From assembly GCA_041739845.1 (NCBI GenBank), contig JBGSMZ010000139.1, positions 19,559 to 83,558 of the forward strand: 64,000 nucleotides of DNA. Reading direction: 5' to 3'. Within the stretch, counting starts at the first letter, position 1. Every line of letters starts with the position of its first letter. The notes beneath the pieces were generated by a model that did not search any database, had not been told where the DNA came from, and saw only the letters and a list, made by a program, of their open reading frames with translations. Position numbers and translations under genes: made by a program. Of this stretch, positions 1 to 11,800 are shown piece after piece. Source of the DNA: Myxococcaceae bacterium (GTDB lineage: Bacteria > Myxococcota > Myxococcia > Myxococcales > Myxococcaceae).

Positions 1-25
1 GCGATCGACGCTCGATGTCGACACC

Positions 26-487
26 TTGCGTGACGTGGTGCACCTCTTAGAAGCGAGTGCGGTCACCAGCCTGGTTTGGAGCAACGGGGTCGAGAAGCTT
101 GTCATCCGACGCGGAGAAGATGCTGCTCCCTCGCAAAGCCACTTGAAAACACACCAAGCTTTCGAGTCCGAGGGAGTGCGCACGGCACCCCGCCTTTCGG
201 CGCCACGCCCTGTCTCCGCAACCCAAACCAGCGAGGGCGAAAAGCAGGGCCATATCATCAGCTCACCTTTCGTCGGGACGTTCTACCGCTCGCCGGCGCC
301 GGACCAGCCTTCGTTCACCGATTTGGGAAGCATCGTGAAAAAAGGGCAGGTTCTTTGCATTGTCGAGGCGATGAAGCTGATGAACGAAATCGAGTCGGAA
401 GTTTCCGGGCGCGTTGCAGAAATCCTCGCTCAGAACACGCAGCCTGTTGAATTTGGTCAGGCGCTGTTCCGGATTGAACCGGCCTAA
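26..487 (+). CDS. accB: Acetyl-CoA carboxylase biotin carboxyl carrier protein (BCCP)
   Basis: C-terminal biotinyl/lipoyl domain with the [10 protein letters not shown] motif (biotinyl-Lys in AMKL) preceded by a P/A-rich linker. It is directly followed by accC. TTG at 26 is the first in-frame start, but the frame is open back to nt 2, so the true start may lie upstream of the window. Confidence 0.85.
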   Translation: MRDVVHLLEASAVTSLVWSNGVEKLVIRRGEDAAPSQSHLKTHQAFESEGVRTAPRLSAPRPVSATQTSEGEKQGHIISSPFVGTFYRSPAPDQPSFTDLGSIVKKGQVLCIVEAMKLMNEIESEVSGRVAEILAQNTQPVEFGQALFRIEPA

Positions 488-491
488 GTCC

Positions 492-1877
492 ATGTTCAAA
501 AAGGTGTTGATCGCGAACCGGGGAGAAATCGCTCTCCGGGTGATCCGCGCATGCAGAGAGTTGGGGATCGCAACGGTCGCCGTCCATTCGACCGCCGACG
601 CCAACGCACTTCACGTACGATTTGCCGATGAAGCAGTTTGCATCGGTCCTCCACAATCCAGGGATAGCTATTTGAACGTTCCGGCGCTCTTGTCTGCGGT
701 GGAAATCACGCGCGCCGATGCGATTCATCCAGGGTACGGATTCCTCGCAGAAAACGCTGAATTTGCGGAAGTTTGCGGAAAGTGCAAAATCGCCTTCATC
801 GGGCCCAGGGCGGAGCACATCCGACTCATGGGGAACAAGGTTCGCGCGCGCGCCGCCGCCGTGGAGGCCGGATTGCCCCTTCTCCCCGGGAGCCCGGGGG
901 TCATACAAACTGCTGATGAAGCGGTGACTATCGCCAACAGCATCGGCTACCCGGTGATCTTAAAGGCGTCCGCTGGAGGCGGTGGACGGGGAATGAAAAT
1001 CGTTCGCGATGCCCGCGCACTCCCACAAGCCTTCGCAACCGCTTCTGCGGAGGCAGTGGCGGCCTTCAATAATGGCGAAATGTACTTGGAACGGTACGTC
1101 GAAAAGCCGCGCCATATTGAAATTCAAATCGTCGGCGATACCCACGGATCGATCGTCCACCTTTTCGAACGCGAGTGTTCCGTGCAGCGGAGGCACCAGA
1201 AGCTCCTCGAAGAAAGCCCGTCCCCTGCGGTGAACGCCAAGCTCCGCGACGAAATGGGGAGTGTGTCCGTGGCAGCGATGCAACGCATCGGCTACAGCAA
1301 TGTAGGCACTATCGAATTCCTCCTCGACGACCGCGGGCGCTACTATTTCATGGAGATGAATACGCGAATCCAAGTGGAGCACCCAGTCACCGAACAAGTG
1401 ACGGGAGTCGACTTGGTGCGAACGCAAATCCTCCTCGCCGCTGGCGAAAAGCTCCCTTTCACGCAGCAGCAACTTGCGATCCGCGGTGCGGCGATTGAGT
1501 GTCGCATCAATGCCGAAGACCCAATTACTTTCGCTCCATCACCGGGAAAAATTGTCGCCTACAACCCACCCGGCGGGATGGGAGTGCGCGTCGATAGTGC
1601 GGCCTACGAGGGCTACACCATCCCGCCCTACTACGACTCACTCATCGCCAAGCTCCTGGTTACCGATGATTCGCGCGCGAACGCCATTCGACGGATGCAA
1701 CGGGCCCTCGGCGAGTACGTCATCCAGGGAGTCCGCACCAATATTCCCTTTCATCGCGCTGCTCTCCAGGACGAGGCATTTCAGCGAGGCGAGTATGACA
1801 CCAGGTTCGTCGAGCGCATGCACGCCTCAGAGACTGGAACGCAACGCCTCAAAAAAGCCGTAGAGGAAACTCCCTGA
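492..1877 (+). CDS. accC: Acetyl-CoA carboxylase biotin carboxylase subunit
   Basis: [27 protein letters not shown]-terminus, ATP-grasp GGGGRGM loop and [14 protein letters not shown] motif. ATG at 492 lies 4 nt after the accB stop. The listed 414 start overlaps accB and is rejected. Confidence 0.95.
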   Translation: MFKKVLIANRGEIALRVIRACRELGIATVAVHSTADANALHVRFADEAVCIGPPQSRDSYLNVPALLSAVEITRADAIHPGYGFLAENAEFAEVCGKCKIAFIGPRAEHIRLMGNKVRARAAAVEAGLPLLPGSPGVIQTADEAVTIANSIGYPVILKASAGGGGRGMKIVRDARALPQAFATASAEAVAAFNNGEMYLERYVEKPRHIEIQIVGDTHGSIVHLFERECSVQRRHQKLLEESPSPAVNAKLRDEMGSVSVAAMQRIGYSNVGTIEFLLDDRGRYYFMEMNTRIQVEHPVTEQVTGVDLVRTQILLAAGEKLPFTQQQLAIRGAAIECRINAEDPITFAPSPGKIVAYNPPGGMGVRVDSAAYEGYTIPPYYDSLIAKLLVTDDSRANAIRRMQRALGEYVIQGVRTNIPFHRAALQDEAFQRGEYDTRFVERMHASETGTQRLKKAVEETP

Positions 1878-1970
1878 TCTGCGGCACTTGGCAAGAACCG
1901 GCCTGTACCTGCCGGGGTAGGTCTGTTATTTTCTGTATGCGGCGCGTAGGCGTCGCGAGCGGCGGCCATC

Positions 1971-4829
1971 GTGTCGAGTGACCCATCTGAAAAAGCAAGA
2001 ATTCATGAATCCGCTGGCAGATTCGTCAGCAGGGGTCAGTACGACAAGGCGATAAAGGAATATTCACGCCTTCAGGGGATCGATCCCAGCGACGTACGCA
2101 CGCTGCACAAGTTGGGCGAGCTCCACCAAAGGCGCAACGAGAACGATCAAGCCGCGAAGTATTTCGTGGCCGTCGGTGACTCCTACACGGCGGATGGCTT
2201 CCCGCTCAAAGCGGTGGCTCTCTACAAGCAGGCCCTTCGGCTTGATCCGCGAATGGTGGAAATCAACGAGAAGCTCGCCCAAATTCATGCAGAACTTCAG
2301 CTCACTGGAGATGCGCTCGCCTTCTATCAAGTCCTCCTCACCTACTATCAGCAACAAGGCGATGTGCTGCGAAGCGTCGAAACGCTTCGCAGCATGGTCG
2401 CTGTCGATCCGGACAACGTTGCCTGCCGTACAAAACTCGCAAGTATCCTTGAAAAACGCGGAGATCGCGAGGAAGCGATCGCCGAATTCAAATACGCGGC
2501 GAAAACGCTCCGAAGCGCCAAACGCTTCGATGATTTTCTTCGGGTAGGGGAACACTTGAGCGCGTTGACGCCTGGTGACACGGTGTTGGTCCGCGAACTC
2601 GCTGAGTATTACTTAAAGCGCGGTGACCAAAAGCGCGCCCTTGGAAAGCTACAAATCTGTTTCAAGGCAAACAACCGCGATGTGGGCACGTTGCAGCTGC
2701 TCGCCATTGCGCTCAAGGAATTGGGGCAAACGGCCAAGGCCTTGGCCGTCTACAAGGGGCTTGCGCAAATTCACGCCGATCAAGGCGAAGACCTCGAGGC
2801 CGACAAGGCCTGGACCTCGATTGCGGAGCTCGACGCCAACGACCGGCAACTCGCCGCCTATCGCGAGCGACGAGAACAGCAGCTTGCAGATTCAAAGCTG
2901 CGCACGGGCACCGGCGAGGCGTCGCCATCGAGCGTGCGAGGTCCGCCGGACATTCCTCGAGTCCTCGGCGAAGTCGATGTGTACATCAAGTACGGGCTCC
3001 ACGACAAAGCCCTGGAGCATCTGAATCGGATTTTTGAGGTCGATGCAGCAAACGCCGACGCCCACGAACGCGCCTATGCAATCTATGTGGCACAAGAAGA
3101 TTCGCTCCGGGCAAGCGAGCAGTTGCTCAATGTGCTGCGGCTCCTCAGTCGCACCCAAGCGCAAGCGCGCGCGCGGCCATATCTCGAGGCACTGCGGCGC
3201 GACAATCCCGACCATCCGGAGCTTCCATCATTTGAAGAGAGCTTAGGGGGAGTCGCGCCTGGGAACGAAGACCCAGTATTCGAGTTCGAAAGCGAGAATT
3301 CCGACGACCAAAGAATAGCGGACGACGGCGCTGACGACTTTGTGGCCACTTTCGGCGAGCCGGAAGCTCCGCTTCCAATGCAACCTGACGAGGTCCAAGA
3401 ACTCGATGGCAGCGACTTCTGGACGGAGCCGGTGGCCATTCCTCATCCCCCTCCTGCCGCTGCCCACCCAAAAGCGGCGTCGATGCGATCACCGCCAGCA
3501 CCCAAGGTGGCCGGAAAAGGGGTCCCCAACTCGGTCCCCGCACCACCGCTCGCGGCTGGGCTCTCGACCACTCCCCATCGGCCCAAGGGCAGTGGGGGAG
3601 GATCTGCAGCTGCGGAACAAACGGAGCTGCCGCCCCAACGACCTGGGGCATCACTGTTCCCGAAAGGTTCGGCGCCGCACACCTCGCCACCCCTGCGACC
3701 GGCCTCAGGCTCCCCCAAGGACGCCCCGCTCGGGGAGCGCAGCGCTTCCCCCATTCCGGCAACGGGTGCGACCAAGCCGCGTCCCATTGCGCCCAGCCGG
3801 ACTCCAAAAACTGCCGCTGCTCACCAACTCCCACCACCCCCAGGAAAGCTTCCGCCGCCTCCTGCTCCACTTTCAAACTTCCAAAAGACCCGCCCTCTCG
3901 CTCCATCGTCCGGCATGGCAGCACACGCTGCGCAACGCGCCCCCGTGGACCCCGCTGCCTCAGCAACGGCAACCTCCCTCCCGCCACGGCCCAGCCTCAA
4001 AAGGCCGCACCTTCATACGCCGCTCCCGCTCACCCACACCGCGCCGGCGACGTCGGCTCTGCCGCCGGATGACGCAGAGCAGGTTGCAGAAGCGACGTTG
4101 CTTCTTGAGCGTGGCCAAGTCGAGCTGGCTCAGCACGTTCTGGACGCAGTCCTCGAGCGTTCTCCCAGCCATCCCGAAGCGCTCGCGGGCCGCGCTGCGA
4201 TCAGCGCGCATCGCAAAGCATCCCGCGACGCCGGACCGGGCGATGGCTTCAATTTGGGTGCAGAACTCGCAGGAGAAATCGAAGACCTTGCCGATTCAAT
4301 TCCTGTCTCAAAGCCGGAACCTCTCTTCGACGAATTTCAGATTTCTGCAGAACAGGTGATCTCTGAATTCAAGAAAGGCCTTAAACGCGTCGTGAATCCC
4401 AAAGACGTCGATACGCACTACGACCTGGGCGTCGCCTACAAGGAAATGGGACTTCTGGACGATGCGATTTCCGAGTTTGAAGTCGCGCGCAAAGGGAGCG
4501 CTGGGACCCCAAAAGAAGTGGACTGCCTCGCTGCGACCGCGGTACTCCAAGCAATGAAGGGTGACCACCTGAGTGCCATCGCGACCCTCCATCGGGCACT
4601 TGCGCGGGATGGACTGGCTCTTGAAATTGAAAAAGCGCTGCGCTTCGATCTCGCCGTCGCTCACGAAAATATTGGCAAGCTGGGAATTGCGCTTAGACAG
4701 TTCATGCTCGTTCAAGGGATCGACGACACCTTCCGCCACGTCGGCGCTCAGGTAGACCGCTTGAGCGCCATCACGGAGCCTGAAGATGAAGCCCCACCTC
4801 CTGCAGCGCGTCGGTTGGAACCAACCTAG
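1971..4829 (+). CDS. Large TPR-repeat protein with a central Pro/Ala/Ser-rich low-complexity region
   Basis: GTG start. The N-terminal ~420 aa and C-terminal ~250 aa have TPR-like periodicity (e.g. YDKAIKEYSRLQGIDPSD, AVALYKQALRLDP, YDLGVAYKEMGLLDDAISEFEVA). The middle ~280 aa (about 3240-4075) is P/A/S-rich. Confidence 0.8.
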   Translation: MSSDPSEKARIHESAGRFVSRGQYDKAIKEYSRLQGIDPSDVRTLHKLGELHQRRNENDQAAKYFVAVGDSYTADGFPLKAVALYKQALRLDPRMVEINEKLAQIHAELQLTGDALAFYQVLLTYYQQQGDVLRSVETLRSMVAVDPDNVACRTKLASILEKRGDREEAIAEFKYAAKTLRSAKRFDDFLRVGEHLSALTPGDTVLVRELAEYYLKRGDQKRALGKLQICFKANNRDVGTLQLLAIALKELGQTAKALAVYKGLAQIHADQGEDLEADKAWTSIAELDANDRQLAAYRERREQQLADSKLRTGTGEASPSSVRGPPDIPRVLGEVDVYIKYGLHDKALEHLNRIFEVDAANADAHERAYAIYVAQEDSLRASEQLLNVLRLLSRTQAQARARPYLEALRRDNPDHPELPSFEESLGGVAPGNEDPVFEFESENSDDQRIADDGADDFVATFGEPEAPLPMQPDEVQELDGSDFWTEPVAIPHPPPAAAHPKAASMRSPPAPKVAGKGVPNSVPAPPLAAGLSTTPHRPKGSGGGSAAAEQTELPPQRPGASLFPKGSAPHTSPPLRPASGSPKDAPLGERSASPIPATGATKPRPIAPSRTPKTAAAHQLPPPPGKLPPPPAPLSNFQKTRPLAPSSGMAAHAAQRAPVDPAASATATSLPPRPSLKRPHLHTPLPLTHTAPATSALPPDDAEQVAEATLLLERGQVELAQHVLDAVLERSPSHPEALAGRAAISAHRKASRDAGPGDGFNLGAELAGEIEDLADSIPVSKPEPLFDEFQISAEQVISEFKKGLKRVVNPKDVDTHYDLGVAYKEMGLLDDAISEFEVARKGSAGTPKEVDCLAATAVLQAMKGDHLSAIATLHRALARDGLALEIEKALRFDLAVAHENIGKLGIALRQFMLVQGIDDTFRHVGAQVDRLSAITEPEDEAPPPAARRLEPT

Positions 4830-4932
4830 CCAAGCGCTCGTTCGCGTCGGCTCCCACCTTGCGGGCTATCATCCCTGATAGGGAACGAACCCGCCTAGCA
4901 CCCTGCATGTCGCAGCAAGGACATCCTCTATC

Positions 4933-7900
4933 GTGAAGCAACCAACGAAGCGGATTATTCGGGTGGCTGCCTTGGCGCTCTTGACCGTGGGTCTCGTCGC
5001 GGTCGCGCGTTCCCAGTGGGTGCGCGAGAGCACATGCGCCGCGCTACGCTCCCGCCTTCCGCAGCTCCTCGGGGGATCGGCGACGATCGAATCCTGCGCG
5101 ATTGATTTCACAACCCTTTCTGTCGTTGCAACGAACGTGACCTTCCAGCGCCAGGGCGAAATCACCTTCAGGAGCCAGCAGGTGCGTGCATCGCCAGGCA
5201 TTCTTGGACTCTCGCGACTTGGGCTTGGCACACTCCGCGCCGTTCGACCCGAAGCCACCCTGATACTTCCCCCGACCTCGTCGGCGAGGCAGAAAAGCGC
5301 TCTTGGAAAGGATGTCTGTCCGCTCGACGAGCTACGCAACTTGTTGGTACGCAACCTCGGTATCGAAGATGGGAAACTGACCGTGGTCGACGGAGCCAGC
5401 AGTATCGTTGCAGATGGAGTGCAACTGAGCGCCTCATCGGGTTGGCGCCGTTCGAGTGCAAGGCTCGAGGTTGGCAGCGCGCGACTCCGGCTCAGCAGCA
5501 AACCTGAAATCGATATCACTAGTCTCAAAGCAGACATCACTGTCGATTCGAATGGGCGCTCCGTCGAAGTGCGAAGCGCCTCCGCCGATGTATCGGGCGT
5601 CCGATTCTCAAGTCGCGGTGTCATTGACTCGCTGTGCGGATCCGATTCTCCTCGCCTAGACCTCACGGCCAGAGTGTATGCGCCGCTGAAATCATTGGCG
5701 CAGCTGGGAATCCCATTGCCCAATCCTTCAGGGCACGTCGTCGGGATGATGGAAATCAGCGGTACGCTGGCCCAACCAGCGGTTCACGCTGCCATCGAAA
5801 GCGCTGCCCTCGTCATCGGACGAGCGGCACCGGGTACTTTCTCTGCGAATTTTCTCCTCAACCGACAGGAACTCGTAGTCGACGACTTCACGACCCGATC
5901 CGGCAGCGGAGAACTTCGCTTGAGCGGCGTATTGAAGCTGACTCCCCCGTACGGCTTTACCTCGCTGGTCTCCACCCGCGCTGCGTCGTTCGCCGACCTC
6001 TACGTGCGCTCCGGCGGGTTCGCTGGACCTTGGGTGGAGTTTCCTGTGACACTCACCGCCAGAGTTTGGGGGACCTTCGCAGCCGGTCTCGACGTCCTCG
6101 GCAGCGTGGAATTCTCCACGGGTCGCTTTGCGCTCACGAACCATGCGTACAACCTCCGGCGATCGGGGAAGACGGACCTTATCGTTGGCTTTGAATCCTC
6201 GCATGGTTGGTTTCAGTTCGAAGCGGATCCGAAGGGCGTCACCTTCGCAGATGCTGACATTCAGATCGGCGAGGCAACCCAAGGTCGCGTCTCGGCTCGC
6301 CTCAATTTTGACCCTGCGCGATTCTTCGACATCGGGGGAACCCTCGACCCGTTGGACCTTGCGGATTTGACCCCTCTTGCGGGGATTCCCTTGACCGGGA
6401 CCGGCGCCGCCCAATTCACCATTGAGGGACCGAGCAAGGCGGCGCAAATCGATGCCCAACTGGCGCTCAGTAGTTTTCGCTTTGACAAATTCCTTCTTGG
6501 GAAGCTTCGCGGCACCTGGCACTACGATGCCAGCACTTCGGAGCTTTCGACGCCGTCACTCGCCGGTCTGCTGGGAGAAAGCGCCTACACCGCGAAAGCC
6601 CGCTTCCTCTTCAATCACCATGGAGTTGATGCGCACGCGGCGGCTGCGATGCCCGCTGGCCGCCTTGAGGATCTGGTTGCCTTGCTCGAGGAGAGGAGTG
6701 CCCTATTCGCGGCCCTTGGCGACGGTGCAGTCACTGGTTCAGCAAGCGCCCTCGCCAACTTTGATGGTCCCGTGAATGCCTTGAGTGGAGCGGTGGCTCT
6801 CAAAGTTCAAGGTACGCAGTTGCTCAAGCGGCGCTTGGGCCAAGGGTCCGCCGACCTGTTCTTCGACCAGGGAAAGCGCCTCCTCCTCAAGCCGACAACT
6901 CTGGTTGGACCCCTGGGGACGACTACCGCGCAAGGGGAGATTCGCTTCGACGACGCTGTTTCCGGAACGGCAGGGATCGGCAATGGCTCCCTCGCGGAGC
7001 TGATCGACCCCAGCGGCGCGCTTCCCGTCGATGGCACCTTCACTTGGAATGCCACCCTTTCGGGAAGCGACTCCGCTCCCAAGATCGATGGGACGCTGGC
7101 CTCGCCGGAAGTGCAAATCCGGAATCGAAGCGTTGGCGCCGCCCATATCGAGGGTGCCTACGCGGATGACGCGATGCTCGTCTCCGGTTCCCTATTCGAT
7201 GGCGTCACCGGTGCGATGCACTTGAACCTCCTCGATAATTGGGCGACGGTCTTGCGACTCGATCTCGATATTCCGGAGCTGCGGCCGTTCGTCCCCGACT
7301 CTTTGGGTCAGCTCGGCGGGACGATCGCGGGAACGCTCTCAGCGGAGGGGCCTTTGCGGACTCCCAAACAAGTGACCGCGACGCTCGCGCTCCGAAGTGC
7401 GACGCTCACGCGCAACGACCTCACGCTTACTTCCGCGGGCCCTATCACTGCCTCGTACAATCTTGGAGTCTTCCGATTGCTGCCTGCGATTCTCCAGGGA
7501 GACACCAATGAAATAGCCGCCGAGGGAACGCTCGCCGAGAGCGCCCTCGACTTTAAAGCGCGAGGAGTGCTGGACCTCCGCTTGCTGACGGATATTTTCT
7601 CGGTGTTCGAACGCCCCTCCGGCACCCTTGAATTCACTGCCAACTTTTCCGGGTCGCCGAAGGCACCGCTCCTCAGCGGAAACGCCCAAATCCAAAATGG
7701 GAGCTTTCTCAATCGGGCCTACGACCTGAAGGTCCGCGATCTTGCGGCGCAAGCGGATTTCTCCAATTCGAGAATCCTGTTGCGAAGCGCTGAGGCCACC
7801 TTCAACGAAGGCCGCATCGTGGGGCAAGGCGATGCGCGGCTCGGAGGGGCCGCAACCTTTCAGGTTGATTTAGACCAAGTGACTTTCACCGCGTTTCAGA

Positions 7901-8820
7901 AAACGCCCGCAGTGACCAGTGGGTCACTCACCCTCCACTCGGACGACTGGAAAGTATGGCAGGTGGGCGGAGCTGTCGACATCGCAAAGTTCGTCTTTAC
8001 GCGTACCATTTCCTTGGATTCACTGCTCGCCAGTGCCAAGCGGGGAACTTTTTCTGAAGAGCAGCCTGAAGTCCGCGCCAAATTCGATGTCGACTTGAGC
8101 CTCGATGGGGACGTTCGCCTCGACAACAACCTTGCGCGCGCGCGCCTTCTTGGAAAGTTGCGCGTTTCCGGGACCAACGTTGAGCCGATTCTTGTTGGAA
8201 CCATCGAAACCGGAGAAGGTGCACAAGGCTTCTTTCGCAGCAATGCCTACACGGTCACGCGCGGCTTGATGCAGTTCAATGGCTTGTGGCCCACCATCGA
8301 TTTGTCAGCCTATACGCAACTGCGAGACTACACGGTCTTCGTCAAGGCGTTCGGTCGACTTTCCGATCCGAAAGTGACGTTTTCGAGTGAGCCCGGACTA
8401 TCTGAAAGCGATGTGCTCTCGCTGATAACAATTGGCGTGACCTCCCGGGATCGCTTGTCCGGCCAAGGGGGCGCCGGCGTTGCGGCGACAGCGCTTTTTT
8501 CGGCATCCGGGCTCGACACCCAAGTGCAACGCTTCCTTCGCCAAAACATCGGCCTCAAGGACCAGCAGTTGTATTTCACGACGAGCTTTAACGAACTCAC
8601 GGGCGGTATCGATCCCGCTGTGGCGTGGGAAGCCCGGCTAGCAAGCGACAACTTCAAAGTGGGTTTGCTTCAACCGATAACCGGAAGGGGAACCAAGGCT
8701 CAGGCAGAATACTTCTTCAATCACCGCATTTCGACCCGCATTCAATGGGACAACCAGACGGTCAATACGACCTATGGAAATCCCGGGGTCGAACTTCGAT
8801 TGCGCTACGAATGGGAATAG
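4933..8820 (+). CDS. tamB: TamB-like translocation and assembly module protein (AsmA-like, DUF490 C-terminus)
   Basis: 1295 aa with a single N-terminal TM anchor (RIIRVAALALLTVGLVAVA) and a long beta-rich body. The C-terminal DUF490-like end is ...AEYFFNHRISTRIQWDNQ...GVELRLRYEWE. The stop overlaps the start of the downstream Omp85 gene. Confidence 0.8.
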   Translation: MKQPTKRIIRVAALALLTVGLVAVARSQWVRESTCAALRSRLPQLLGGSATIESCAIDFTTLSVVATNVTFQRQGEITFRSQQVRASPGILGLSRLGLGTLRAVRPEATLILPPTSSARQKSALGKDVCPLDELRNLLVRNLGIEDGKLTVVDGASSIVADGVQLSASSGWRRSSARLEVGSARLRLSSKPEIDITSLKADITVDSNGRSVEVRSASADVSGVRFSSRGVIDSLCGSDSPRLDLTARVYAPLKSLAQLGIPLPNPSGHVVGMMEISGTLAQPAVHAAIESAALVIGRAAPGTFSANFLLNRQELVVDDFTTRSGSGELRLSGVLKLTPPYGFTSLVSTRAASFADLYVRSGGFAGPWVEFPVTLTARVWGTFAAGLDVLGSVEFSTGRFALTNHAYNLRRSGKTDLIVGFESSHGWFQFEADPKGVTFADADIQIGEATQGRVSARLNFDPARFFDIGGTLDPLDLADLTPLAGIPLTGTGAAQFTIEGPSKAAQIDAQLALSSFRFDKFLLGKLRGTWHYDASTSELSTPSLAGLLGESAYTAKARFLFNHHGVDAHAAAAMPAGRLEDLVALLEERSALFAALGDGAVTGSASALANFDGPVNALSGAVALKVQGTQLLKRRLGQGSADLFFDQGKRLLLKPTTLVGPLGTTTAQGEIRFDDAVSGTAGIGNGSLAELIDPSGALPVDGTFTWNATLSGSDSAPKIDGTLASPEVQIRNRSVGAAHIEGAYADDAMLVSGSLFDGVTGAMHLNLLDNWATVLRLDLDIPELRPFVPDSLGQLGGTIAGTLSAEGPLRTPKQVTATLALRSATLTRNDLTLTSAGPITASYNLGVFRLLPAILQGDTNEIAAEGTLAESALDFKARGVLDLRLLTDIFSVFERPSGTLEFTANFSGSPKAPLLSGNAQIQNGSFLNRAYDLKVRDLAAQADFSNSRILLRSAEATFNEGRIVGQGDARLGGAATFQVDLDQVTFTAFQKTPAVTSGSLTLHSDDWKVWQVGGAVDIAKFVFTRTISLDSLLASAKRGTFSEEQPEVRAKFDVDLSLDGDVRLDNNLARARLLGKLRVSGTNVEPILVGTIETGEGAQGFFRSNAYTVTRGLMQFNGLWPTIDLSAYTQLRDYTVFVKAFGRLSDPKVTFSSEPGLSESDVLSLITIGVTSRDRLSGQGGAGVAATALFSASGLDTQVQRFLRQNIGLKDQQLYFTTSFNELTGGIDPAVAWEARLASDNFKVGLLQPITGRGTKAQAEYFFNHRISTRIQWDNQTVNTTYGNPGVELRLRYEWE

Positions 8821-11800
8821 CCGTCCTCGTTGCGTCGCTCCTCGCAGGAGCTTCGGCGCCCTCGGAGGACGCGCCGTTGGTCCAGCACATTTTCTATTCG
8901 GTGGTCCCTGCGGTGAATGATTCGGCGGTCGCAGAAGACCAACTTCGCAGACTGACATCTGTCCCCCTTGGGAGTCCCCTCTCTCCACGCGAAGTGAGTC
9001 AATCTATCGCCGCAATCACTGCGACCGGCCGCTACGCGGAAGTCGTCGCCGAAGCGACGCGCGTAGGAACCGGAGTGGACGTCACTTTTCGTCTTCGTCC
9101 AATCGGACGAATTGACTTGGTCAGATTCTTCGGGGCCAAAGCGCTTTCGAAGGAGGCACTTGCCTCCGTGGTCCGCCTTGAACTGGGCAGCGAATACTGG
9201 CCAGAACGCATCCCCAAAGCCATCTCTGCAATCTCCCAGGCGTACCGCCGACGCGGCTATGAGCTGGTGCGCACCGTCCCTCACGTCGAGGAATACGGCG
9301 CCCGGGTCGCAATCGTCTTTACTATTTCCGAGGGAGTTCCCTCGACCATCAAGGAACTCCGATTCGCCGGCGACCTTGGCCTCGATGAAGGCGATCTCCG
9401 CAATGCACTTCCCTTAAAAGTTGGTGACGTTCTCGACCGTTCGCGCCTCGAAGATGGACTCGATGCCGTGCGTGCTCTGTACCGTGAGCGCAAATATTAC
9501 GGCGCCCGCGTCTTCCCAGTGCAGGTCAGCACCGATGGACATGTCCTCATCTCAGTGCGCGCAGGTCCGCCCTACGAAGTCGTCTTCAGTGGAAACCACG
9601 CGTTTTCGGACGTGGCGCTTCGCTCGGTACTCGCTTATCGAGGCGAAGAGACGATCGACGCTGCGGTAGTCGAGAGCTTGGCGCAGAGGCTCAAGCGCTT
9701 CTATCGTTTTCACGGATTCCATGACGTACTGGTCGATGGCTCCCAGGCACTGCGCCCCGATGGATCGAGCGCCGCGATTGGCTTTGCGATTCAGGAGGGC
9801 CAACTGTTGCGGGTGAGTCACTTCACCTTCAAAGGAAACAAGGCGATCCCAAGCGAAGAGCTCAAGACACAGGTCGAACGCGCGGTGGAATCAGGGACTC
9901 CGGAAACAGACTTCGATGTGCGCGCGACGGATGACCCTCTCGGTCTCGCAGGAAAGAGCGGTGCCCCTATCGGTGCTGAAATGCCGCAGACCGCGTTTGC
10001 CGGCGTCTACGAGGAGAGTGCTTGGACGGAAGCTATCAAAGCGATGCGGGCGCTCTACGCGAGCCGCGGCTTCCTTCGCGTGAAGGTCGAATTGGCCGAT
10101 GTCGCTGTTGGCCAAGATGGCATCGGCTCGGCCACCTTTTCCATCTCTGAAGGTCCGCAAGCCTTCGTGCGCGACGTCGAGATCAAGGGCTTGCCCCCAA
10201 ACTTCCAATCCAGCGCTTTGCGTCAATTCATCAGCGGTCAAGCGGGCTTCAACTCCGAACGCCTCGAGCGAATGCGCAAACAACTCCTTCAGGAACTCCG
10301 GCGGGATGGCTATGCATTTGCCCAATTGAATGCAACTCATGAGGTCGATGCATCAAGCAATTGGGTTGATTGCAGCGTCACTATCACCGCAAACGTTCAG
10401 GTCCGAATTCAGGCGATTCTTCTCGTTGGCAATTCCCACACCGTCGAGCGCGTCATCCGCAACCAAGTGGCATTCGAGGTTGGGCAAATCTTCAATTTCG
10501 AAGATCTCCTCAAGACCCAGACGAACCTCCTCGCGCTCGGTCTGTTTCGAAGCGTGGAAGTTGAAATGCTGTCGCCTTCGGAAATCAGCGATCGCAAGCC
10601 GGTGCTGATTACCGTGCGTGAGCGCCCGCGCTTCAGCGCCAACTTTGGCATCGGCTATTTCCTTGCCGTGGGACCGAGACTGGTCGCGGACTTTGCTGCT
10701 TCCAACTTGGGTGGGCAAGGCCTCAATCTCACCGGACATGCGGAGCTGGACGTCGTTTCCGCTTCGCAGCCTGTATTGACACGCGTCATCGACCTCTCAG
10801 ACCTCCCTCCGTGGGAACAAATCGGCGCCCAGGCAAACCTCTCGCTCCAGTCTCGAAGTCTTCTGCCATCGCCGTTTGGATTGCGGGTCGATACGGTCTT
10901 CGACCGGGTGTTTCGCTCGCAATTTCGCTTCAATCGCGTAGCGCTCAGTCCGTCCATCGACTGGACGCGTCTCTTCCAGATTCCGGCGCTCCCGTCCCTC
11001 AGTCCATCGCTCAGCCTCGCGCTTCGGTATGAGCTAGAATATTCCTACGTCCAACAAACCAAGAGTTCTTTGGTCCTCGAAGTTCCAACTACAAATCTTC
11101 AAGACCAACAGCGACTCCGATTCTTGTTTGGCGCGTTCCTTCTTCAATCAGGCCGCTTCACCGCGACGCTCGATCTCCGCGACAACGCCCTCTATCCCCA
11201 CCTGGGCTTACTCGTGCAAGGGAATGTGGAACTCACAGGGGCGATCCAAGCGCGCGATCAAGCGCTGAAGCCTGTCACCGTCAGTTTTGTGAAAACGTCT
11301 GGTCTTGTTTCGGCATACATACCCTTTGGGCCGCGGGTGACGCTTGCCCTCTCCGCGCGAGGAGGACGCATCTTTTCCTTAGCGCCGGATTCAGTAACAC
11401 CGCCGGTGCGCCGATTCTTTTTGGGTGGTTCGACTTCGATCCGCGGCTTCAATGAAGACCAACTTCTCGCCGAGGACCTGCGTGCACAGTACCGCAGCGA
11501 AGCACAGGCGTGTCGACGGCTCACGATTAGCGATGGGTGTACTGGCGCCGCGGCTGCGATTGGCGCAGGCCAACAAGTGCCTTCCCAAGGCGGCGAACTC
11601 TTCGCGCTCTTCAAGAGCGAGCTGCGCTTCCCGATCGTCGGGCCAATCGCAGGTGGTGTGTTTTTTGAAGCCGGGAACTTATGGCTTGCTAATCCTGGGA
11701 CAATTGCTTCGCTACGCTATGTCGTCGGCGGCGGGATTCGCTATGCCAGTCCGATTGGAGCGCTCGCGCTCGACGTTGGCGCAAACCTCTTCCCTGACAT

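Noticed and set aside
414-491. Upstream-extended ORF starts in the track: 414 (accC), 8625 (bamA-like), 17018 (thiL), 25463 (DUF58), 28713 (FlhA/SctV), 30331 (nuoG), 38986 (tsaC), 45529 (desaturase), 47903 (zinc-ribbon), 53368 (ilvE), 57506 (ABC-2 permease), 60003 (DUF4340-like).
   Set aside because: Each would overlap the preceding gene substantially. Internal starts give canonical N-termini, 1-4 nt stop/start overlaps or Shine-Dalgarno sequences.
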